This document shows, in pieces, positions 42,582 through 53,834 of a stretch of DNA of 64,000 nucleotides; the stretch's first letter is position 1; every line of letters starts with the position of its first letter. The notes under the pieces are model-generated. The model was not told the origin of the DNA. It saw only the letters and a program-made list of their open reading frames with translations, and did no database searches. Location: assembly GCA_015680685.1 (NCBI GenBank), contig MNCI01002485.1, positions 525,052 to 589,051 of the forward strand, read 5' to 3'. Both the position numbers and the translations under genes were made by a program. Origin of the DNA: Gnetum montanum (taxonomy: Eukaryota; Plantae; Gnetophyta).

Positions 42582-43312
42582 CTGAAATAACATTGAATAT
42601 AATTTTGACCAGCAATTTAAGATAATGAATCAACAATTTGTACATACCTGCTGGCTATTGCAAATGACACAATATTGATCTATAAAAGTTATGAGGTAAA
42701 ATTATTGTCCTAGGATAAAATTCTCAAAAATGCATCAATTCAAGCATGAAATGGTAAGACTCAAATATGATGGTAAAGATCATGAGGGATCGAGTAATTT
42801 ATAGCTTTCAGAGACTAAACTAGCAACTACATTGCATTTTAATTGTCACATGAAATGTTGACTCTCAAATCATAGACTTGATTCATTGAACAATCCTGCA
42901 TAGTTTGCGCAATGTTTAATACAGGGCAAAGACACAGATTTTAAACAATATGACATAGCTTAACCTTGAAATCTATGGGAGTCCGCTAAATTATGAACGG
43001 ACAACTTGAGTGTCAGGCAATATGCCAAAAATGTGGAAATAAATCTTATTTCATTAAGCAATACCAAATGTCTATATGCATTAGTGTAAATTGCAGAGAC
43101 CAGAAAAATAAAAATAAAAATGTATATTCTATTTTCAAGCAACCAACAAATTAACATTATATAACAGTTCTAATTTACATCCCCACGACACTAGTACAAG
43201 CACATAACATGTAGTTGCCCAAATGGCTGAATGATGTCTTTTGAAAAACTGTGGTTATACTGTGTAGTGTGTACATAGATCATTCTTTACAGTAAGAAGA
43301 ATCAAGGGAAAG

Positions 43313-43486
43313 TGAAACTGAAACTGAATTTTTACTTACATCCACTAAACCCCTCAGATCTATTAGACTAGTTTGAAAATTCCTTTTATGAATTTTGTTT
43401 TAAATCCATAATTCAGTGCTGCCCACTGAAATCAAACTTGTGACCTAGGGCAAGCCAAGACTCTTACCAATAAGCTAACACTTCAT
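43313..43486 (-). mobile_element. tRNA-derived SINE, full length
   Basis: GTGTTAGCTTATTGGTAAGA A-box, GTTTGATTT B-box-like, (TTTCAG)n tail. Confidence 0.72.
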
Positions 43487-45206
43487 TGTTAGCTAAGTGA
43501 TCTCATGTTCCCATATATTATGGATTACATACCTATTCAATGACTGGAAGATGGATGAGAAAAGGTTGATTCAAGGATACTTTTTGGTGAGAAAGAATAT
43601 CATATTTTTCTTTTATTGTTACTTAATCATAACTTACTGATATTTTTACATATTTTATGTAATCTTTTAAGCACCAAGAACAGTTAATTTCTCCGATAAA
43701 ACAGACTCTGAAAACCAGTACGTGTGTGAATCAGCTTAGTATTAATTTCTTCATGCTTAGTATGCATGTGGGTTATTTGTACAGGAGTAACATTATGAAT
43801 TGATCAACCATAAGACAGCCTCAAAACAGTACGCATGAAGTTTGGCTATATATCACTCGGTTTGGGAAGTAGAGACATATATAGTATATTGTATCTTCTC
43901 ACTTCCACCAAGCAAAGCTGATGCAAGACAACATGATTGCATGGAAGTATGGCCTAGCCTTACTCCCCTTGGAATTGCTCAGCCCCAGGCCCTTAATTCG
44001 TTTAAACCTTGCATCTCAAAACGTAGCAACGTAGCCAGCCCATCATGGAAACTTTACATCCAAGCGTGTTCTGGTTGCTCAACGTGTGTACATACCACAG
44101 CTTGCTAAGGGCACTAACATGTGTTGTTTTGTCAACACGTGTGCAATAACAACATGGTAAGGACAGTAGAAAGTGATTGGAAGCAAGCACTTGCAGTTTC
44201 AAAACATAAGACTTCTTGAAAACATAATGATTTTTTATATAGTATCAAAACAAAACGTTAAATCTAATGATCGATCCATCAATAGAGTGTTGAGCATCCA
44301 AAAAAGTCTTAGCTTTGACCATTACTGGAATTTTTGCATCTAAAAAAGACATTGCACATGCTGAACGAGATGGCTCCTCACCTCATTTTTTTGGATTATG
44401 TTCTGAATAAACTCTCAAAATAAAACTCCACCATGGCCAATCCCAGGCTAGTGAGAAAGTTGGAGTGTCAACATTGGCCAGGCCACAATGAGAAAGTTGA
44501 AGGGTCAACATCCAATTAGCAACAGGCTGTAAACACTTAACATTTGTTGTAAATGCGTTCATTTCCACACATCCTTAATGCTAGGACATTCCCTTAGATA
44601 CAATGCATAACTACTGAAAAGCCTAGTTGCTATGGAAAATGAGCAACAACTTACTAGGGCATTCTGTGAAAATAACATGCAAAAATGGTGGCTAGTTGTT
44701 GTGTCAAATAGGGAAGGGTTTCCATATCACCATGGACAACTATGGGTAAAGAAGAAAGTTTGACATAGAACCCAAGAAATGAATTAACAATTTTAGATGG
44801 TTACTAGGAATATAGACTCAGTGACATGTAAGATTAACGAAATTATGGGTATGATAAAGAGGAGAAGAGTCAACATAGCTTACTTGCCAGAAACAAAGTC
44901 AAAGGGAGAGAAAACAAAGGACTTTAGTGAAGGTTTTAAGCATTTCCACTATGGAGGAAGAAACAACCTTACAAATAGAGTAGAGATAGTGGTTGATGAA
45001 TAGATTAAGAATGAAGTGGTAGAAGTTACTCAAAGAGATGATGTGATCATGAGCATTAAGATTGTTGTGGAAAAGAAATTTACTAATATTCTAAGTATTT
45101 ATGCACCTCAACATGGTTTGAATGATTTTATTAAGAATACCTTTCAGATTCTTTGGATGAGCTAATGTGGCCAATTCTGGAGAATGAAGTTCTAATACTC
45201 ATAGGA

Positions 45207-47936
45207 CTTAATGCAACATTATTGTAGCACATCCGGGGTGGATGGTCTGAGCATTGCCGGGGTGGATGGTCTGAGCATTGCCGGGGTGACTTGTCGAGCG
45301 GAACATTACGCTGATGATACGATGTTGCTAAGTAGGGCGGCGGTCCCACAAGCACGGTGCATCAACGTGGCTTTGTCCCGCCTGGCTGCCGAGTTGGGGC
45401 TGGAAATCAATCGAACCAAATCCTCAGCCCACTTCATTAATGTGGAGGAACAGATTAAAGCACGGGTGATACAAGTTCTAGATATCCAGCCAGGGGCTAA
45501 CAGCGACACATACCTAGGCATTCCCCTCTTCAGGTGGGGGCGGACAATGGCATGGGGCCCGTTGTTAGAAAAGATCGAACGAAGAACAAGCCATTGGGCA
45601 AATAGATTCTTAAGTTGCAAGGGGCGCCTGCTTGTGGCCACCGGAATTCTCATGGCAACTGCACGCTTCGTGGCTGCCGTGGCCGCCCCCCAGGTGCCGT
45701 CATCAATGCAGTTAACGCATTGGTTTGCCACTTTATCTGGGAGGGGGCAAAGGGGGGAGCAAATTACACTTGGTCCGATGGGAGCAGGTGGCGCGCCCCC
45801 GAAGCGCAGGCCGGCTGGGCATCATGTCCTTCGAGGACGAGCTGATGCTGGGGCAGCAACGGCTCGTACTCCGATTCTCACGCCTGCATCGGGACCCGGC
45901 CCCCTGGATCCGCATTATGAGCAGTAAGTATATCCGCTGGGAGGCGGCAGCGTGGGACTCTAGGCCTTGGTAGGCGCCGTCTCGGCACGCACGCACGATG
46001 CAAGCCTTGGGGTGGGCGGATCTCGAGCCAAGAGCCATTATGACAGCCAAATACCCCCGCAGCGACGGATGGCGGCAAATCTAGAAGGGGCGGCTGCCTG
46101 AAAAAATAAAAATCTTCCTCTGGCTGTTGGAGCACGACGCGTTGCCGGTACGGGCTCTGTTGCGGCGGCGCAGATTGCTAGACAATGACACTTGTCCAGC
46201 ATGCGACGCAGCCACTAAAACAACGCAACACTTCGCACGCGAATGCCCCTGCATGCGCGACACGTGGCGCGCGGCGGCGATGCCCCCCCCCCCCCCCCCN
46301 NNNNNNGCTACTTTTATGGGTAGCGTGGAAGGTGAGGAATAACACTGTTTTTCGGCAACAGCAACGCCCCCCTCCGCACCGACTGGTTCTACAGGTCATT
46401 ACCGCGTGGAAGGAAATCGAGACAACAATGGGAACCATGCCCACGTTTGAGCCGGACTGCGCCGCCTTCCAGGAGGACGAGGCGCTCTGGCAGATGGTGG
46501 TCCAGTGCGGATGGGCTGACCCTCTGCAGCGGCTGGTTGGGGATCCAGATCTGGCAGACGACGTGTTCTTCTCAAATTGAGTCAACGATCGTACCTATTT
46601 CCGAGGGCGGGAGATCTAGGTTACAAAGTCGGCGATTGCCAGCTGTCTGAGGGCCCCCATCACGGGAGAAATCATTTTGCCCACCACCCGCAGCCTCCAA
46701 GACGCTAAACTTTTCTTCAATGGGCCCGTTCCCAGGACTAGGAGCAGATAGGTGCCTAGATCCTCCTTGCCCCGCCTGTGGGCCCGCAGCACGGATCTGG
46801 TGGACAGATTCTTCGTCCAGTCTGGCAACAAGTCCAAGCTGCAAGGCCTACACTTTGCCTTCCTCTGTTGTCTCAAGTTGGGCTGCCTGGTCAACCTCCC
46901 CCGCTTTTTTAAGGCAACCCTTAGCCTCAAACGTCGAGGCCGCCACTCGGGATTAATCTTGGCACTGTAGCGGGGGGCAGAGGGGGGGCAACACCCGTCG
47001 TCGTCTGCCCCCCTGAACGCCCGAACACTTCGGCTTCCCCCCNNNNNNNNNNNNNNNNNNNNNNNNNNNNNNNNNNNNNNNNNNNNNNNNNNNNNNNNNN
47101 NNNNNNNNNNNNNNNNNNNNNNNNNNNNNNNNNNNNNNTGGGAAGCAAAATGGAATGAAGCCCTCGCCCAAGCCCGCACCGACCTAGAAGCTCAGTTTAC
47201 TGAGCGTGAACAGGAACGGGTGAGACAACAGGACCTCATGGCAGAGGCTGCCAGGGCCTGCCTCATTGACGAAATCAGGGCCCAAGTAAGGGAGGAATTG
47301 ACCCAGGAGGAAGAGGCCTAGAGACAACAGCAGCAGGCAGAGCAGGCGGAGCATGACCGACTTCAGGAGGAGGAGGAACAGAGGCAGCAACAGCTGGACC
47401 ACGCCCACAAGCACAATACCAGACAGTGGCTGAGAGGGGGCCAAGGGGCGATGCCCGTACCTCATTCTTGGCATCAGTTGCGAAAGCTCATGGGCTGAAC
47501 TCAGACGATATATCCGCCAAACCTCGGCGCGCTGCCACCCCGATGCCGGGGCTTCCCATGCGGACAGAAGTAGACGAGAGGCGGCCATGCAGGGCATCCA
47601 GCAGGCGGCCAATTTTATGGACACAAAGAATCATCGGAACACTTTGGATATCCTCCACGAGCTGGAACGCCCCGACTGTGCCTACCAACAGCTGCCAACG
47701 AACCCTTAAAGAGCGGGCGGGCCCTAGGTGGAGAGGGACGCTTGCCCTCCTTCAGCTGGGTTGATGCNNNNNNNNNNNNNNNNNNNNNNNNNNNNNNNNN
47801 NNNNNNNNNNNNNNNNNNNNNNNNNNNNNNNNNNNNNNNNNNNNNNNNNNNNNNNNNNNNNNNNNNNNNNNNNNNNNNNNNNNNNNNTTTTTTTCGAGAA
47901 AGTATTCGGGATGTTATAATTGAAAAATGCAAAATA
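45207..47936 (+). mobile_element. L1-clade LINE copy C, 5'-truncated, young, with intact HPD J-domain
   Basis: Starts in RT (HYADD), then zf-RVT, extension domain, coiled coil and J-domain; TSD (AAT)ACTCATAGGA at 45194-45206 and about 47938-47947. Confidence 0.92.
47452..47649 (+). other. DnaJ-type J-domain coding segment at the LINE ORF2 C-terminus
   Basis: Frame +1, no stops: CPYLILGISCESSWAELRRYIRQTSARCHPDAGASHADRSRREAAMQGIQQAANFMDTKNHRNTLD; HPD at 47536-47544. Confidence 0.78.
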
Positions 47937-48236
47937 NACTCATAGGAGATTTTAATGGACATTTGGAAGCAACAAGGACAGGTTATGAGAGGATATATGA
48001 AGGGTATGACTTTAGAGAGAGATGAAATGGGGATATTTGAGTTTGCACACACCCGTGATCTTGCAATAGCTAATACATATTTTACAAAATTTGTTAAACA
48101 CTGGAGACTTTCAAGAACAAAAGAAACTTAACACAAATAGACTACATTATAGTGAGAAAAAAAAAGATTAAAAAACTAGTAAAAATGTAAAGTTATTTTA
48201 GGAGAAAGCCTTACAACCCAACACAAACTTATTTGC

Positions 48237-51200
48237 TTTTTTTTTTTTTTTTTTTTTGAGAAAAGGTCAGGCAAAATTATATTAAACAAAGATATGTACA
48301 AAGCGGGACTTTCATCAAACAACAAAAGACCACACAAGGGGAATCCTTCCCTTCCCTAGAAATTCTCATAATAGACTGTCTCCCCCAAACCGACCCACAA
48401 CACTCAAACAGTGCAAATAGAAATATCACAATAACATAAAACCAACGGCCCAATAACCCTATACATTGAAACCACCAAGGAAGCAACTATGGGGCAAACA
48501 AATCACCACAAACCCACCTCCATTCCACCCACGACTCTATGCTAGAATCATCTTGATAGCTGTAGACACAAACATCTTACCCATTCCTGGGCATGAATGG
48601 TATCTAACACCACCCGATGTTGTCTGTGTCCACAAAAGTAGTAGCCTATTGAAACTCCTTGGCAGCCTCAGCCTTACATGCCTACTCTGTCGTCGTGCCC
48701 TTCCCATCTAGGTGCAACTTTGCCATAGTTCACCAAACATGTCTACGGAGCACCCCCCAAGGCACATTACAGCAAATGTCCATAATTTCGTATGCACATT
48801 TACCCAACCGCAACCACGTTTGAACCCCACTCTCATGCACACAATCAATTTGCCATCAGAGTTACTCCACTTGCAATTTCCAAACTGGACAAAGTAACAA
48901 TCCACCACTTCCACAGCCTCCTACCAAATCCACTACAACGTTGACTTTGGAATCTACCCACTAGCAATCTTGGAAATAACCCCAATGAAGAAAACCTGTG
49001 CATCCTGGAAAGCATGGCTGTGAGGAAGAATAATCTCACCAAAACCCAAAACTCCCAAACAAACAGCCAATGACTCCCCTGTCAATAGAATGTGGGTCCC
49101 CCTAAACATCGTTGTGGTTCCATTCCAATTGCAAAAAAAAGGTATCACAACAAGATCAGGGTTCCCCTTCAGCATCCAAAGCACATCCACCCACCCCACC
49201 TCCTGTATCATAGTCCACAACTCAACATTTTGCTAATATCCCGTGCAATTGGGTTCAAACATTGGTATTTGACCCATCACCACCATAGCCTCTCGCCATA
49301 GTCTACACTTGTGCACCACTAGCTGTCGCAGAGTAGGCAGCTATGTAGCCCTCAACACCCACATGTTCCATGCCTTCCAAATGGCCCAAAGCATAGCCAC
49401 CCCCATAGAATCCCACTCAAAGTGTGTTCGTGTTGGTTGGGGAAGAGCACTAGCTAGTGCCACACTTCATGTAGGAAAGAACACTAATAAGCAAAGTGTC
49501 AAACAGTCTCCAAAGCCCTTGTACATAACAAACAAGTGTCTGATATATTAAGGCCTTGGGCCTGCAACATAGCCCATGCAAGCAACACATCATGATTTAG
49601 GAGCCAAAGTAAAACTTTATTTTTTTTAGGCAAACGACCTTTCCATAATGTACACCAACCCCGCACTATCAAAAACTTCCATTTTATGAGTTCTTGGGGT
49701 GATTTCCCCATCATACCACCAATGGTCATGGTGGTACCATATGCACAAATAGTCCTCCAAATGGTGGAATCTAGCCAATTTGTCTACCATTGTGTATTTT
49801 GCTCTGATGAGCTAAACCCATTGAGCATCATGATAATTTGGCTACGTGAGGCAATTAACCAAATTCTGGTAGCCCATCATAATCACATCCTGGAACTTCA
49901 GTGTTCCCGGACCCCTAGCTTCCCAGGGTCTCACAATGGTTTCCCAATGCACCAGATGTAGTTTCAACCCCACTTTTCCTCCAAACCATATGAAACCTCT
50001 GATAGTCTAGTCCACTTTTCCACCACCCCAGTGGGAGGTGTGACAATTGCCACCGTGAATCTAGGCATGGCCAACAACACCAAATTCACTAATAACATTT
50101 TCCCTTTCCAAGTTAAAAACCATACCATCCAATGTTCTACTTTTGCTGCAACCATTGAATAAGAGACCTCCAAGTCTCTTTACAGTTCCAAGCAAACATA
50201 GGAAGCCCCAGGTACACCTCCTCATTAGTGCCTGTTACCATCCCCAAACACTATAGAATCCACCCTCTAACCAGTCATGAAGCATGCAACAGATGCACCA
50301 TGCATTTGTCCCGATTTACCTCCAACCCAATCTCTCGAGCCATACAATCTAGTGCCCTATTGATGACCTACACTTGTGAAACCAATGCCGATGAAAAAAT
50401 CATTGTATCATCCACATAGTGCTTTGTCAGGCAATCGATTCCAACCACATTAAGTTCCCACACCCCTTCAGCTTTGCAATAACCTTGCAATGTATCCATG
50501 GCGATAATAAACAAGTAAGGGGAAAGGGGGTCACATTGCCTCAACCCCCATCTAGGGGAGGAAAACCCCCATAGCCGACCTCCAATATCAAAAGAGTATG
50601 CCCCCAAAGCCTGAATTTGGATGCACAATGCAATGACCTTGGATCAAAGCCTTTCTACTCCATGATATCAGCTAAGTCATCCTAGCTAACCATGGGATAT
50701 GCTTTTTTAATGTCCAATTTGATGCACATACCAAGGTACCCCAAAGGCTGGATCAAATGCATCACCTCCTAAAGAAGAATCACCTAGTCTTGAATGTACC
50801 GCCCCTTAACAAAACCTGTCTAATTATTCCTAATAAGACTCAGCATCAAAGGAGTAAGACACCGCACCATCTTTGTAAATATTCAAATCAAGTTATTACA
50901 CACCCCAATAGGATGAAACTGTGATGGGTCAAAAGGCTCAGCCACCTTGGGTATAAGAACAATTCTAGAACAGTTGATTTAATGTCGAACCGGCTACTGT
51001 TGAAGCATCCAATTGAAAGCATCTAAAAGATTCAGCCCTAGCACATCAACAAATTCCCTAAAAAACTCCACTGACCATCCATCCAATCCCAAGCCCCATC
51101 CAATCTCATGGAAGCTAAGCCCTCCTCCAACTCCTACCATGAAAAGGGCTCCAACAGCACTTTATTCCCCATGTCTCCCAGCATGACCTTCACCAGCACC

Positions 51201-53806
51201 AAAACAAGCGTAATTCTCCCATACACCCAAATCCTAGCCCAATACTGCTAGATGAACTAGGCTAATTCGTCAGAATCCGTAACCACCTTCCCATTAAGAT
51301 TCAATCTCACCTCCTTTGCAGCCCTATTCGCTTTGGCAACAGCAAAGAAAAGCTTCATGTTACAATCCTCATCTCTTAGCCAAGTAGTTCTAGCACGTTG
51401 TTTCTGATAACTCTCTTCCTCAACATCGAGCTCCTGAAGCTTCTGTAGAATGATCTACTCCTCTTTGTCCACCTCAACACCCTACTCTTGATGAATTTGA
51501 AGGTAAACTAACTGTTCCAGTAGAGTCGTCTACCCAACCCAAAAACAAAACCTCTCCTCAGTCTTAACCAACTGAAGAGCCTATTTAAGGCAGTGAAGGC
51601 CCATCTTTAGGAAATCCCTGGGGTCCCTACTTGGATTATAGCCCATCCAAATCCCCACCACCATCGGCCTATGCCAAGGCTTTACCAACCATGACCACTC
51701 AAACTAAAACGGCGAGACTCATGGTCGCCAAGGTCTACCCACCTAACAACAAAGCGACCAATGATTTGCCACCAGTCTCTCTTTCCCCACCACCCAAATC
51801 TCAAATTCCAACACAATGTGTGTATTGACCCAAACACAGTCGATCCGAGACAACACCTGATCTTTTCCCCTACGGTGATTACTCCAATTATACTTGCATC
51901 CAGTGATCTCCACATCTATTAAATCATGCTCCTATAGGAATTCCAAGGACTGTCTACTACCTGGTGGTTCTGTCAATTCATTACCTATTTTTTCCTACGT
52001 GTACAAGCATTGATTGAAGTTGCCAATCACAACCAGTGGCCTCAACTCCTGCAACCATTCTTCCCATCTCTAGGCCCCATAGAAATTTGTAAGCCATATT
52101 TCAACCACCTCAATCTGAACTATAATACTCCATCACAAGGAGTCAACCAGCCTAAACGGCCACTCGCCTGCTTTTCCTAAACTAGGAACTATCTGTGTCT
52201 ATCACCCTACCCACTATGTAGGTAATGGGCCTCCAAAACCTACAATTTTGTCTCCTACAGGCAAACAATACCACACTCCTCCCAATGCACAATATCTCGT
52301 AGGGTATTTCATTTATAGGGGGTACCCTGCCCCCTACAATTCCAAAAGAGAATCTTCATGGCTTATGAGACAAGCGTTTCTTAAACACCTCCTTCAAGGT
52401 CAACTGCACTCCTAGGTCAATCTCAACCTGTGTAATCTTACTATGAGCCATTGGCAACAATGAACATCCAATTCAACCGGCTTCTAGTGAGACAGAGAAA
52501 CCCTCACTCCCTGCCCGCTATGCATCTAAGATCTCAGTCATTTTAGGAAAAGGGGAATGACCCCAACCTAGTCGCCTAATAGCGACAGCCCCATCCCCAT
52601 TGCCTTTGGAGTAGAGGTAGGAGCATCCTTCCCCACCCCTCCAACCAAAGGCGCTAGCCACCGCATACTAGCCCCCAAAACCAAAGACAACATCTGAACC
52701 CTCAAAAGCAGGGACAAGCCCCAATCCCCTAGCTCCAACACCCAAAACAGGCTCTAGGACCTTAGCCCATGGCACCAGACCCATCGATGCCATAGACAAA
52801 GGCCCCCCCCTTCACCGCTCGACCCCTCCTCCTGACCAAAGTCCACTCAACCTGAGTCTTGTAAGACAGAACCTTTAGGTGGACCCTGCAATTCTCCATC
52901 GAGTGACTCCTTCCACAAATTGCATACCCAATAGATGAAATTGCACACAAGTCACTGGCTTAGCTATCAACAAATTCTTATATTCAATCCTTATCTTTTC
53001 ATCTCTTAAAGGCATAGCTAAAACTACCTCCGTAATCTTGTCCTTGGATCCCAAAGACCTCCAAACATAGAAATGGGCATAGCCCATCCAATCCATTGAC
53101 ACAGTGTACTTGTCAAACTTGACAAATTCCCCAAAAAATCCAACCAACATTTTTAGGGAATTAGGCATCCAGAACTCCAAGGGAAGGTCCAAAACCCTTA
53201 TCCAAATAGGTGCCCAAGCAAAAAGGTCAGCATCCCTGTGGGCCCCTAACCATCATCGTGCAAGGGCCAACCCACAGGCCCTATAAAACCAAGGATCCCC
53301 TAAATGTACCCTCTCTTTGTCTTCTTCTAAATAAAAAACAAACAGAAGCTTGTCATCCGCTAGACTGCGGACCTGCACATTCTCTAGACACTAGCTTGTG
53401 CTAGCCCACCATCGTATAAGGTCCATCCAAGGGTGCACACCCTCAAAAACAAACTTGCCAATAAGGCTAAGTTCCAAGGTACGCAAACCCCCATCAGGCG
53501 ATCGGCCAATCTGCAACTGCATAGTCGCCCCCTCCCACGAGCAAGCTTCTATTCCTCCCTACCTAGAGTGCCAACCAACACCATTGGGCGACAATGCTTC
53601 CACTCCCATTGAATTGCCCAGCCCACTCTTTCCCTAAGCCTTCCTCAAATAGCAGCCCCCTACCTTAGCCCCATCAATCTCCAACCCGCCAATCCCTCCA
53701 CAACTCACCTTCCAATTGGCCTCACTATTCTCAAGGACTACATCACTCTTGTATGTGCTCCCCGTGTCCCCTCTTGTGTTCCTCGCACTCCCACCCATTG
53801 TCTCCT
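48237..53806 (-). mobile_element. L1-clade LINE copy D, full length, decayed
   Basis: ORF1 ATG 53798, zinc-knuckle remnant ICGRSHSMENC, ORF2 ATG 52359, RT (GLRQCDPLSPYLF, HYVDD), extension domain, J-like 48602-48798, polyA; TSD CCAACACAAA(C/A)TTATT at 48218-48233 and 53807-53822. Confidence 0.92.
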
Positions 53807-53834
53807 CCAACACAAAATTATTGTTATAGACTTT

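Noticed and set aside
47888-47937. Inverted LINE 3' end (polyT first) suggesting a real inversion
   Set aside because: It is bounded by an N run and a single N; most likely a mis-oriented gap-fill fragment
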